Below are positions 11,315 through 24,990 of a stretch of DNA of 64,000 nt, piece after piece. A program made the position numbers and the translations under genes. Every line of letters begins with the position of its first letter. Positions within the stretch are counted from its first letter, which is position 1. The stretch is from NCBI GenBank assembly GCA_013239625.1, contig MU056050.1, positions 4,339,115 to 4,403,114 on the forward strand, read 5' to 3'. Source of the DNA: Lama guanicoe. Taxonomy: Eukaryota. The notes under the pieces were generated by a model that was given only the letters and a program-made list of their open reading frames with translations, did no database searches and was not told the DNA's origin.

Positions 11315-12500
11315 AGTGACTGAAAATGGGCATGAGGGATCTTTGTAGGGTGATGGAAACATTTTAAAATCAGATGGGGGTGACGGTTAAACAACTCAGT
11401 AAATTTACTAAATAGCATAGACTTATACAATTGAAATAAGTAAGGTGTATGATATGTAAATTATACAGTTTTGCAAAACCATAACAAACATAATATAGTA
11501 CATAACAGTGAAATGTTAGAAATATTTTCATTAAAATTAGGAGCAAGACATGGAAGGCAACTATGAACACTTTTCCTCAGCATAGCACTGTAAACCTAGT
11601 TGCATGCAAATAAAATGTTTAAAAGATGTAAAAAGTGGGAAGTAAACAACCACACGTCTGTATTTTATTGACAATAGCAACGTTAACATAAATGTAAAAT
11701 ATCTTGGGATACGTTTGACTGAAAATGTAGAATACTGATATTTGCATGACCTTAGAAATAGTTTTAATAATGGAATAGATAAAAAGTGATGTAAATATAT
11801 TGAGAGAAAAGTGGTAAGCGTGAATGCTGTAGTTACACAAATTCTCCTCAAAATGATACACATAATAAAATTCTAGTCAAAATCTCTTCCCTTCCTCTTC
11901 CTCTCTTAAAAAAATGGCAAAGCAATGCCGTCATTTAGATGCAGAAATCAATAAGCAAGAAAGCACAAGTAAATCTAGCAAGAAAGCAGAATTATGGTCA
12001 GATTTTACCATCAGTTAATACAATTCAGCTACAATAATTAAAATGAAATAATGTAAAGATAGAAGGATATCAACATGGAAAAGGATATATTTGACTGCAT
12101 GCAAATTATTTTAAGCACCCGCTATTAACAAAAACAAAGTGAAAAAACTAAAAGAGGAAATAATTTGCATTGTATATGATGGACAATCAGTAAATATGTT
12201 TACTATAAATAAATGTCTTATACTGAATTAGAAAAAAATCCCAAATAAGACAAAAAAGGCCAAGAGAGAGGAAAATGAATGTCCTAAAATAAATGATAGT
12301 CAGCATGCTTAAATTATTCCACGTTACAAGGATGACAAGGAATCAAAGAAATACAAATATTTATATAAAATACAATTTTCTCTATTGCACGGGTAGAGGT
12401 TATTTTTTAATATATAATAGTAATGCTAGCAAGAGTGAGAAATGGAGAATAAATTGGTACTTTTCTGGAATTCGATCTGGAAGTAATTTTATAAACATTA
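11315..12500 (+). mobile_element. Old, highly degraded LINE-1 fragments (3' end and ORF2 pieces)
   Basis: GGGTGATGGAAACATTTT..TATGTAAATTATAC 3' motif and A-rich ORF2-like stretches. Confidence 0.5.
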
Positions 12501-13506
12501 TAAAAGAATTATGCAATGTAAGTTAAATCATCTATAGCATTGTCTTAATTATTCTGATATCACTATCATTAATGCTCAAATAAAACTGAGTTTTAAGGGC
12601 AGAACAATAAATGAGCAAACTTATCAATAAGAAATATACATTAAGAAATAGTACTCACTTCAAAATGTAGAGGAATAAATAATCATTGGTTCTTAACCAA
12701 CATAAAATTATAGTGATACAGAAAAATTCTTATTTGCAAACTAAGACTATGATGTCAATATGGAAGGAAATTGCAGACAAAATTAGATTGTTTTCTCTAA
12801 TTGATTATTTTTGAAATGCTAGCCTTTTGGCTTTCCACTTTTAGACCTTCTCAAAAAATTCATTTTACTGCTACAATATTCCTCAAATCATGTTAGTCAG
12901 CACCCTACTTTTGAAAATAAAGAGATTTCTTTCTTGTAGTATGGTCTATTCCTAGCTCTCAATTAATGAAGTTGAAAATATGTTCAATTGACATAAATTA
13001 ACAGAAAAGTTATTGGGGAAATGTATAAGATAAAAAATGATGACAATTTTATTAACAACTAGCAATTTACTTTCTCTACACATTTTTTAAGCTAATCACA
13101 TGGTCAAAAATTTTCTTTGCAGTTAATCTAGTTCCTTGCCTTGCTTCAGAATGTCACTCCACCTAGAAAAATAGCAAACAATTCTATTGCCTAAAATTTC
13201 TGCAGGTGAATGTTTCACAGCCTTTTTGGGACTAGCTCCTCAGAGCCCTTAGCCTTAAATTGAATTCTTGCTCTGGAAGAAATGGGAACTCTTAGAACTG
13301 GTCACCTACTAAGGAAGGAAAAATAATCCCTGACCAGCTGGAATCTTCTAAAGACATCTCTCTTAGATGACACCCTTAATCATGAGTTAAGAAGACAGAC
13401 TCCATATTCTCCATTCTTGGAATTCATTTGAAAGGAAAAACTGTGCCTAGGGTAAGTATCAAAAGTTTCTTGAGGTGACCTAGACAGCTGAAGCAGCGGT
13501 AGCCCT

Positions 13507-13997
13507 TGTGAATGAAAAATACCACAAACTGTATCAATAAACAAAGAATGCTGAAGCTATCAAGTCATCAGTGGCTGCTCCCACCCCCCAGGGAAGACAA
13601 GCCTGCAGCCCGGCCTCTGCAGCCACTCACAATGGTGCACCTTGAGGGGACTCAGAATAAAGGACAGGATACCGGCCCTAGATAGCTAGGTGCTTGTCAA
13701 AGGAATGAATTCAGTGAGCCCAAATGTTTGCTCCCTCCCATATACAGAAAAGTGCTAAATTCTTTAACTTGAGATGCCTGGTTTTCTTCAGTTAACCATC
13801 TTTTAATGTTCCAACTTCCTAGTCTTTGTTGTAAAACTCCTATATATCCTAGCTCCTCCCCTACCTCTTCGGAGCAGTCCCCCAGAGCCATCTGAGAGGC
13901 TGTCATTCCGGGCTCAAAGGGGTCCGAGTCCTCAGAAATGTCTGCCAAATAAAATGTAACTCTCACCTTTTAGGCTGTGTGTGTATTTCAGCCGACA
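13507..13997 (+). mobile_element. Solo LTR, ERV1 class, relatively young
   Basis: TG..CA termini, perfect 4 bp TSD CCCT (13503-13506 and 13998-14001), TATATAT at about 13841, AATAAA at about 13948. Confidence 0.85.
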
Positions 13998-14454
13998 CCC
14001 TTCCAAGTGTTCGGGCTTTGCAATGCCATGGCTTCGTTATTCAGACCTCAGTTGTATTTCCCTCCTCTACCACGTTAAGACCCTAGGTAAATGGTCTCTC
14101 TGATTCCCATTTTCCTTATATGCAAGTTGGAGATAGTATCCCTACCTCACAAGGTTATAAAATTACTGTAAAATGTTAAAAGATGTATCTACACACGCAT
14201 ACAAATATAGCCTACTACAATGTATGTCTGGCACATAGCTGATACTCAAGGATTGTTACTTCCCTTCCACCCTAGTAGATAGAAAGCTCTGCCATCAGCT
14301 ATAGATATGCAGAAAGCACTGTGGTTGATATAAGGATTTTCCTGGAATTTTCTGGAAGTCTTTTTAGTTGTCCTGATGAGTGGAGAGGGCAGAGAGGGGC
14401 AGTTCTATTGTCGTTTAGTGGCCAGAGGCCACGCTACAATATATCAGAAGGAGC

Positions 14455-14556
14455 AGGAAAAAGAAAAGAGGGAGGGAGGCAGGAAAGAGGGAGAGAAGAA
14501 GGAAGGAAGGAAAATAGAACAGGCGAAAAAGAAGAAAAGAAAAGCGAGAAGAAAAT
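14455..14556. repeat. Purine-rich (GA/GGAA) low-complexity tract
   Basis: Almost entirely A/G on the plus strand. Confidence 0.8.
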
Positions 14557-14799
14557 GACCTTCCTAAAGTGCCATATATGCATCTGGAAAAACAGTGAGG
14601 GTGCATTTGTTTAGCTCTGGTGATCTGAGAGCAGCGGTCCTCAGAACAACCTCATTCCCTGGAAGAGGCTTCCAGGCTCTACTTGCTTTGGTCTGAAAAC
14701 TCTCCGACCCAAAAATCAAAGCAATACTTGGTCTGTTGTCCTCACTTGCTGCCTTGAATTTTACCTTTCTCAATGTTTACGTTTGAGGGGCGTTTAAAG

Positions 14800-15350
14800 A
14801 ATAATTGTTAAGGGCTTAAGTCCTGGAGTCACACTCCTGGCTTCAAACTCTGGCACTGCCCCTCTACTAGTTTTGTGAGGTACAGCAAATGGCTTCACCT
14901 TTCTGTTCTTCAGTATCCTCATCTATAAAATGGAAATCACAGTAACACTTATTTCATAAAGTTGTTGCAAGGAGTCAATGAGTTCATGCATATAAAGCAT
15001 TTAGAGCAAGGCTTGCTCACTGAAGTTGAGTTATTAATATTACCATTACCCATGTATCAGTTGAATATCCTGACTTGCAAGCTACCCAGACCTCGAAACG
15101 TTCAGGAGGCAAAACCTCCTACAGATTGTGTGGGATCCTTAGGGTCAAGAACTCTTAGAATCCAGGCTCCACTTCTTATTAATATGACCTTGAGCAAGTC
15201 ATTAAATTTCTACAGTTTCTTCATCTGTGGCAAAAAAAGGGAAAGAGTAATAATAATTTCCTACACAGTAATGCTGTTGTGAGAATTTAATGAAATAGTG
15301 TACATAATGCTTAGTGTTCTAACTGGCACGTCATTAGTCTCAATGAATAA
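14800..15350 (+). mobile_element. Two MIR SINEs (about 14800-15040 and 15160-15350); a further MIR remnant at about 14050-14270
   Basis: Cores CTTCAGTATCCTCATCTATAAAATGG and TGACCTTGAGCAAGTCATTAAA..CAGTTTCTTCATCTGT. Confidence 0.75.
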
Positions 15351-15559
15351 AAACGTTATATATGCAATCATAATTCAGTAATCTCGTTCATATACTAACG
15401 TTAACGTGTAATTATACAAGTGTTCCAGCGTAATAAACTTCACTGCAGTAGCTACAAGGTAGTACTCTACTTCTTTTCAGAAACTACATACATATTACAC
15501 ATTATATATTTTTATATTATATATTATATATAAGTTATTATGCATGATATACCTTGATA

Positions 15560-16095
15560 TGCTTGAAAGGTCAATCAAAATGCCTATTACAGCATGCAAA
15601 GGCTGCCACAATCTGATCCCCGACTTTTACCTTCCTGCCTCATCTTTATGCTCTGCTGACACTAGGTTTCTTTCTATTCTTTGCACACTCAGTGCTCATT
15701 TCTGCCCCCAGGATCTTTCCACATGATGTTCCCTATGGAACACTTTCTCTCCAGATGGTCTCATCTTGAATTATTCTCTTCACTCCATCTCTCCTAAAAT
15801 TTCAAGACCTCGGGCCATCCCTGAACATTCTGTCTGTGGTACCTGTGTCAATCCTCACCATAATCACTGTCATATTATCGTGTTTTATCTTCCTTGTAGC
15901 ACTTATTAGAGAAATTTTCTCATTTTTTAACTTGTTTCATCTAACTAGTTTTTTAAGCTCATTGTAAGGAGAGGCTGTGCCTGACTTTTCATCAGCGTAT
16001 CTCCAGAATCTCTATTTCTTTCTCTCTCTCTGTGTCTCTTTCTCTCTCTTTCCAAATGTATATTTGTTGTGGCTGTTGTTACTGAATGAATGAGT
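15560..16095 (+). mobile_element. LINE-2 3' end
   Basis: L2-like body ending TGTTACTGAATGAATGA. Confidence 0.65.
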
Positions 16096-19000
16096 GAGCA
16101 CATGAAAACAATGTAATCAAAGGCCAGTCGAGAAAAAGCCAATAGATTCAACTATATTCAGCCCCAAGTGTCAAAAAAGACTTACTAAACACAAACCAAT
16201 TAAAAAATAGAATAGCATTGTACATTTTAATTTTGTCAGGCTAATCTTATACAATATTTTAGTAGCATAGACTGGAAAACAAGGTCTATAATTGAACCCA
16301 GTATGTACCTTTCAATCATAAGTCATATTGCTAATTGCCAAAAGGAAATTCATCTTTTTTTAAATATGTGTTCCATCCAAAATTACTTGAGTGAACCAGT
16401 AGTTGCTTGTTCTATAAACATTGAGGGATATATAGGACAATTTCTCAGGTAAAATTAATGCTTTAAGTTTAAAAAGTTATTTAGTTATTAATTAGGTTAT
16501 CTTACATGGTTTATGAGCTTTTCTGTATCTATTTGCCAAAGAGAAGATAAAAAGAAATGTCAGCATGGATATACGTTACAATACATAATTCTAAAATGCA
16601 TTATAATATTCATAATTTTTCAGCATTTTAAAATTACACCAAATTTAAGCTGTAAACAGCAGGTACAATATCATTATCTGAAACATATCAGCCGACTATC
16701 TGTCCCATCCCTCACGTTCAGCTATTGCCACTGATCCTACTTAGAAACGAGTAAATTTTAAAATTCTGTTTTCCTATCGGTGTTTCTAGAGAAACACTAT
16801 AATTATTCCTTCAAATAGAAATTATTTGGACATGTTGCCACAAGTTGTTTGCAAAATACAGCTGCCTTACATTTTAAAGACATTCTAGCATGGGTACTGA
16901 ATTTTTGTAAGGTGAATTCCATTTTTTCTCGTTGATGTAACTCATAAAATTAATAGGTTCTCTATTGAACTAATTTACAGTTTTAGTCTAGAAATGATTT
17001 TGCCTTAGAACCAGTGGAACTCAATAGACTCATGGAAATGTCCAGCTAGGAGGGAACTTAAAGATCTGTTTTCACTGCTGAACATATTAAATGATGTGAG
17101 ACAATACCTCAGTGGTACTTGTAGAGCCAAGTTATGAAAATAGTAACCCCATAATAATATTTTAAACTGATCCAATCACTATTAAAGACAGCATTGCTAT
17201 TTTTGAATAAAAGGATGGAATTTATGCTAAGAAAATAATTCAAAAGTTAGATATAGATAAATACAAAAAGATAATCACCACTGGATTTTTGAATAGTAGT
17301 GATCATGTGAAATAAGCCTTCAAACAACAATGGTGCAACAATAAAGAAGCAAATGAGCAAATTATAGTACCGTTACTTGATTGACCGTTATGCAGCAATC
17401 AAAATGATTATGATAACAATTAACAAGATGTTAAAAATATAATTAATGCTTAATAAGAATGGAATTTGTACTGTGGGCTAAACATGTGCATGGAGAGAAC
17501 ACACAAACCTAATAGCTGAATCCTCACTTCAGGAGGCTGAGATTATAATGATTTGCTTCCTTCTATTTTCAAAATTTCCTGTATTTTTTACTCTGTTATT
17601 CATAGCTACTTTGAAACAACAAACTCGGAGAGAAAGATGCTTGAATGTTATTGCCATTATGTAACTGGTATAAATTTGGGGACAGTAAGTACTGGCTGCA
17701 ACACAGGTGGTATTAAATGTATAACTATTTCTATTTAGCTTCATTTTTCTGGAGCATATAGATGCTAAGACACTATAAATTATAAGAATTAGTTTCAATG
17801 CTAAAGGCAGAAACAAGTTATTCTGATGGGCCCCAACTGATGAGTCACTGTTATCTACACACACATTTCAAACATTGCCTATGTTCTCACTGAAATTGGA
17901 ATTTAAAGTAATCTTGAAGAAATCAATTGAAACGTATTAATTGAATACCTTTTCTGTGCTCAAAGCTAGAGTACAACTATGAGAAAGACTTCACTGAATG
18001 CTTAGCCTAAGTTGATCATCTAACTGCGGAGACAGACCCAAATGCAACCAACAATAATACAATGAGAAAAATCTCAACTTGTGAAATAAAGTCGTTGAAG
18101 TGGATGGGGAAAAAACAGCTTGGTCACAGAAGTTGATGTCTAAGTTAGGTCTTAAATGATTTATAGGATGTTGACACCCATATAAACCAGGGAAATAAAG
18201 ACAACTCAGACCAAGGAATCAGTGTTAAGACAATTCTAAAAATCACAGAGATGTTGAAGTACAGTCCTATCATTTTGATTGACTAGTGAGTGATGTAAGC
18301 CAGCAGGAAGAGAGAGAGCGTGTGTGTGTTTAATGATTTTGACAGGGTTGAAGAGAGGGAAGAAAATAAGTGGTTTAAAATGACACCAGAATTACCATCA
18401 CATATAAATGAAAACATTAGGAAATATCATGTTAACTTGAACATTTTCAAACTTAAGAGAAGCGAGTATTCTGGGAAAGATGAGAGTGTAAGAACTGACT
18501 TCTACCTGTCTCCAAAGGCCTGACCAAAATTATCACTTAGATGAAAAATTGGTGGTGGTGGTGGTGGGGGATAGCAGTGGACAATTTCATCAATGAATGA
18601 AAAAGACTATGAGTTGTGTTTGTTCTTCATTTTTTTACCAACATTGCCAGGCCACCACAAACTAAGGGTGCAATCTTGATTCTCTGGGGCATCCTTCACA
18701 ACGAGACAGACAGTGAAACAAGAGGACACTCTTTTAACTCACAAAGTAAAAATTAAAAGAAGGAGATCAAACAGAGGCAGAACCTATACCTGGAATACAG
18801 ATCAGGTGGAGCAGATAATCAGATGATGAAAGATAACACCGCATTCCCCTCCCCTCCGCTGCCACCCAACATGAGAGACAGGGGAAGAACAGAAGGACAG
18901 GAGAAAGAGAAAATGTTATTTAACTGGAAGTGTTCGTAACAAAAAAAATCCATCCTCTGAAATAAAGTTGAAAATTTGAATGAAATTTTCTAGGAAAAGG

Positions 19001-19625
19001 TAAATTAGCAGAAATGAAAAACTTTGGAGTATGGTAATGCCATTTCAAAGTTCATCCATGTTCATCCAAAAAAAATAAACAAATGAATGAGGCCCTCCAG
19101 TTTAAAAAAAACCTGCACAAAGGAAAATAATGAGGAGAAATTTGTCTTCATTTTTATAAAGCTACCATAATTACAACAATATGGCATTGTTTCCAGAATA
19201 AAGAGACTCATAGAATGGAGTAGAAAATCTGGAAGTATATTTAATAATTTAGTTTCAGCTGTCATTAAAAATCAGTTAGAAAAAAAGAAAAGATTGTTAA
19301 ATAAATGATACTAGTGACACTACCTAATGAGATGTTTAAGAAAACCCGTAAATCCTTCCTCAAACAAAAATAAGTTTTTGTTGATTCAAGCCACAGAAGT
19401 CTAGAAAACTGAACATGAGTATTTTATTTAATTGGAATGAGACCAGTCTTCCTAAACCTGACATCAACACCAAAATGATTAATAGATTAGTTAAGTGACC
19501 ATATAACAAACTTAAAAGAAAACCTCTATATGACTCAAAACAGCCAAGAACAAAGTTGAAAAATAAGGTTTAAAAACAAACAATTGAAAAATTGTATACC
19601 TATGACAGACAAAGGGCAAATCATC

Positions 19626-22284
19626 TTTTTCCAGTTTTATTGAAACATGATTGACAAATAAAAATTGCATTTATTTAGGTTGTACAATGTGACTTTTTTA
19701 AAAGTTTGCAACATTATGATTTAATAAATGTATAGATTGTAAAATGATTAGCACAATCAAGTTAATTTACACATCAATCACATCACATAGTTACCTTTTT
19801 TGTGTGTGGTGAGAACACTTAATATCTACTCTCTTAACAAATTTCAAATATACAATACACTGTTGTTAACTAGTCACCATTCTATTAGTAGATCCCCAGA
19901 CCTTATTCATTTTACAGCTGAAAGTTTGTACCCTTTGACCAACATCTCCCCGTTTTCCCTCCTGCCAGCCCAGGGCAACCACGATTCTACTCTGATTCAG
20001 TGAGTTTGACTTTTTTAGATTCCACATATATGTAAGATCACACAGAGTCTGTCTTTCTGTGTCTGGTTTATTTCACTTAGCATAATGTCCTCCAGGTTCA
20101 TCCATGTTGTTGCAAATGGCAAGATCGCCATTTTTGCGTGGCATAAGATTATTCCACCGTATAGATATACCAAATTTTCTTTTTCTGTATATATCACATT
20201 TTCATTAACCACTCATCTGTCCACAGACCCCACGATTGTTTCCATATCTTGACTATTGTGAATAATGCTGCAATGAACATGAGATTGCATATATCTCTTG
20301 GAGATACTGATTTAATTTCCTTTAGATATATACTCAGGAGTGGAATTGCTGGATATATGGTAGTTCTATTTTTAATGTTTTGAGAAAACTTCATACTGTT
20401 TTCCATTATATCTATACCAATTTACAATCCCTAAAACAGTGTGCTAGTGTTCCCTTTTCTCCACATCCTCCCCAACACTTATCTCTTATCTTACTGATAA
20501 TAGCCATCCTAAAAGCTGTGAGGTGATACCTCACTGTAGTTTTGATTTGCACTTCTGTGATAACTAGTGATGGAACATATTTTCATGTACCTGTTGGCCA
20601 TTTGTATGTCTTCTTTAAAAAATGTCTATTTTGGTCCTTTGTTCATTTTTAATTGGGTTATTTATTTACTTATCCATTTGTTCTGTTATTGAGTGATGAG
20701 TTCTTTATATATTGTGGTTATTAACCCCACTTGATTGATTTGCATTTTGATACATGATTTGCATATATTTTCTCTGATTCCATGGATTACTTTTTCATTT
20801 TACTGATTATTTCTTTTGCTGTGCAGAAGCTTTTTAATTTGATGAAGTAGCACTTGTTTATTTTTGTTCTGACTTCCTGTGCTTTTGGTGTCATATACAA
20901 AGAATCATTGCCAAGATCAATGTAAAGGAGTTTTTTCCTTTTTTTCCTAGGAGTTTTAGGTTTCAGATCTTACATTTAAGTTTTTAATTCATTTGAAGTT
21001 ACTTTTTGTATACAGTGTTAAGATAGGGGTCCAATTTAATCCTTTTGCATGTGGATTCCAAGTTTTCCCAATACCATTCATTGAAGACACTATCCTTTCT
21101 CCATTGTGTGTTATTGGTGCCCTTGTCAGATATTAGTTTATTGTAAATGCATGAGCTTATTTCTGGGCTCTTAATTCTTTTCATTGATCTATGTGTCTCT
21201 TTTTATTCCAGTAACATACTGTTTTGACTACTATAGCTGTGTAGTATAGTTTGAAATCAGGAAGTATCATGCCTCCAGATATGTTGCTTTTTGCCAAGAT
21301 TGGTCTGACTATTCAGGGGTTTTTTTGTGGTTCCATACAAATTTTACCTTTGTTTTATCTATTTCCATGCAAAATGTCATTGTAGTTTACTTGCATCTTC
21401 TTTAATTTCATTCATCAATGTCTTATAATTCTCAGCTCACAGATCTTTCACTTCTTGGTTAAATTTCTTAGTAAGTATTTTTTCTTTTTGATTTGATTGC
21501 AAATGAGATTGTTTTCTTTATTTCTTTTTCAATTTGCTGTTAGTGTATAGAAACACAAGTGATTTTTGTATATTGATTCTGTATCTTGCAACTTTACTGA
21601 ATTTATGTATTAGTTCTAAGAGTGTTTTGGTGAGTCTTTAGGGTATATACATAGTATGATGTAACCTGCAAATAGAGATTATTTAACACCTTTTTTTCCC
21701 ACTTTGATGCTTTTTTTTTTTCTTGCCTAGTTCTTCTGTTTAAGATTTCCAGTATTAGGTTAAATAGAAATGGCCAGAGGGGGCATCCTTGTCTTGCTCC
21801 TGATCTTAAAGGAAAAGCTTTCAGCTTTTCATTTTTGAGTATGATGTTACTTATGGCTTGTCACATATGGCCTTCATTATGTTGAGATTCATTCCTTCTA
21901 TACCAAATTTATGGAGCATTTTTATGATAAAAAATGTTGAATTTTGTCAAATGATTTTTCTGCATCTATTCAGATGATCTGATTTTTTTTGTTCATTCTG
22001 CTAATGAAGCATATCATATTTATTGATTTTTGTATGTTGAGCCATCCTTGCATATCAGGGATAATTCCCACTTGATAATGGTGTATGATCTTTTTAATAT
22101 GCTGTTGAATTCAGTTTATTGATAGTAGTTCAGGAATTTTACATCTATATTCATCAGGGTTATTGGCCTATAATTTTCTTCTATTGTAATGTCCTTGTCT
22201 GGCTTTGGTATCAGAATAATGCTGGTACTTCACAAAGCGTTTAGGAACTTTCCTTCCTCTTCAATTTTATGGAAGCATTTGGAA
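19626..22284 (-). mobile_element. 5'-truncated LINE-1 (L1MA-like, about 2.65 kb of ORF2 and 3' UTR), nested in an older plus-strand L1
   Basis: Minus-strand ORF fragments give ORF2 peptides ([48 protein letters not shown]) with stops and frameshifts. Degenerate TSD AAAGGGCAAATC (19611) / AAAGGGTAAATC (22285). Confidence 0.92.
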
Positions 22285-22674
22285 AAAGGGTAAATCTTTC
22301 ACATGTACACAAAAAGCCTACAAAACAATGAGAAAAAAAATGGACCAAAAGTACTAAATATAGCAAATAAAAATGCAAATGATCAATAAACATTTGAAAA
22401 AATATTCACCTCATTATAAATTAAGTATAAATTCAAACAATAAGATACCTTAAAAATCTGTTAGACTATCAAAAGCATTTTAAAAAATATATTGGAAAGG
22501 ATGGCAGGAATTACAAATTCGTTACTGGTAAAAAAGCAAGTTGTTGAAAATTTTAGGGTAATTTTGTTACATATGTATTTAACCTAATTATCCTGCATTT
22601 ATTAAATAATCCTAAATCAATTATTATAGATGTCCAAATATCCAAAATGCTTATATTGCTCTCCATTCTTAAGA

Positions 22675-22712
22675 TGTGTGTGTATATACATACATATATA
22701 TATAAAACTCAA

Positions 22713-22759
<47 letters not shown>

Positions 22760-22780
22760 GATACATACACACACAGACAT
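22675..22780. repeat. (TA)n/(CA)n compound microsatellite
   Basis: Directly visible. Confidence 0.9.
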
Positions 22781-24597
22781 AGTGAGAGAAGGAAATGTGA
22801 CAGAGTGTCTACAGTGTTTATATCTGGGAGGTGTTTCATGGTTGAATTACCTTTCCTCTTTATTAACTGACTCTAACAATGGTTACATAATACTTTCATA
22901 AAAAAAAATTCTCATTTCAAAATATAATTTGTTATCCGTATTGATTGATCTTTAATAATACTTTTAAATCATGGAGCAATGTTCAAGGTGCATTCATGCA
23001 CATGTCATTTTTGCTTCACTGTTTTTCCATAAATTAATGTGGACTGGAGTATCATTAGTCTCATTTTACAGAATGAAAAATTTCTCAAGAAAATCATTCC
23101 AATTGTACTTTAATGTGAACCACAGTGAGACAAGACAAAAGATAGACAGATACATGGCATTATGATTTAATTTTCTTCTTTGATGTTTCAGATGTTAGGG
23201 ATGTTTGACGATCAAAAATGGCCCCTCTGAAGTAATCAAGAGTTTTTACTCTGGCCGAATTCAACTTACATTTGACCAAGGCAATCTTTCCTTCTAATAT
23301 TAAACTAGTGTTTATTTAAAGGAAAATTTGACAAGCAGGTTTGAGCAAGTTTCCATGAATTCATCCAAACATTAGTTGAAAGCTGCACTATAATACAAAT
23401 ATGCATTTTCTCTATCATCTTGGTATATTGATTTAAGTACTTAATGAATATGCATAATTTACATTTCTAAGGCTTAATAAGTTGAGTTAAAACCAAAATG
23501 ATTTGAAGTAAATGTGATTTCCATCTCTTATTTTTAGTTCCCTGTCAGGTCGTACATTAATTCACTAAATGGACAGTGAGCAGAAAATTTCTTATTCAGT
23601 TTGGCTAAAATATACTATTTATATTAATGACTTAATAACATTTAAACAAGTCTTCTAATGCACCAAATAAAAGCCAAGTTCTGTTTTTAAAGGATGAGAA
23701 AATTCAAAAATAGCAGAGAAAATAAACAGAAAATTTGAAAATATGCTAAAGTTACACCAGCATAAAATCTACTTTAATCTGAAATGTGAAAGAGAAGCCA
23801 CAATTAAATCATACAAGAACCCAAGTCTGACGAAACCAGAATAAAATCTCACAGAGCTATGTGTCTACTTCATTTTTTATTATCTATAGCCAACTTTAAT
23901 AAGTATTTCACATTTAAAATTATGTAAAACATTAAACCATGTTTATTTTACAGTAAACATGCCCTATTCTCTGTAGAAAAGAAATAGAAATAATCTTCAT
24001 TCAGTGCATATGTACCCTCTCTTCTTTTTTTTTCATTATCAAAGGAGGATTGATCTTTTCATATTTTGTCAATAAAGTCATAGACATTTTTAAACAACTG
24101 AGGTTAAGGATTATGGACTGAGACTGTGGGAAAAATGTTCATTTGTAATAAAAAGACCATAATTCAGGACCTTGACCTCATAAGAAATATGTGATAACCC
24201 ACAGAGCTATTCCCTATAGCATTACTGATGATTGATTACCGATGGGAAACCCTACTGACATTCATTTTGGAAAATTTAAAAGATTCTGTTGGTGACTTTG
24301 TCATGTTAATTTGTAACAAATAGTCCCAGATACACATAACAAGTCAGTACAAACATAAAACTTGCCAATACCCCCACTATTACCATTCTCTCTAATGATA
24401 CCAGAGAGGGGATTCTAGGGTAAGATCCATCTATCTTGACTATAGTGAAAATAGAAGATTCAGTGTAATTAATCTAACATACTATTAAAAATGGTTTGGA
24501 AAATTTAATATTAAATAAAAATAAATTTTAAAACCTTAACTTTAAGTAAAGACTAATTGAATCACAAAAAAGAAAATACACTTTTTAAAGTAAACTT

Positions 24598-24990
24598 GGA
24601 GAAAGACAAATATCATAAAATATCACTTATATGTGGAAACTCAAAAAATGATACAAATAAACTTATTTACAAAACAGAAATAGATTCACAGACGTAGAAA
24701 ACAAACTTAATGGTTACCAAAGAGGGAAGGGAGGAGATAAATTTGGAATTTGTGATTGACAGATATACAAAATAGATAAACAAGGTCCTACTTGAGAAGG
24801 GAGAAGGGAACTATATTCAATATCTTGTAATAACCTATAATGAAAAAGAGCATAGGGAACTATATTTAACATCTGGTAATAACCTATAATGAAAAAGAAC
24901 ATGAAAAAGAATATATATACATATAACTGAATTACTTTGCTGTGTATCTGAAACATTGTAAATCAACTATACTTCAGTAAAAAATAATAA
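24598..24990 (+). mobile_element. LINE-1 3' end (cetartiodactyl type) with internal 49 bp duplication
   Basis: GAAAGACAAATATCAT..TCACTTATATGTGGAA..GGGAACTATATTCAATATCTTGTAATAACC..AATCAACTATACTTCA plus A-rich tail. Confidence 0.88.

Noticed and set aside
14321..14614. K/E/R-rich ORFs and the small inverted repeat GTGGCC-AGA-GGCCAC
   Set aside because: The ORFs are products of the GA-rich tract. The palindrome is too short to be significant and is a poor CTCF match.
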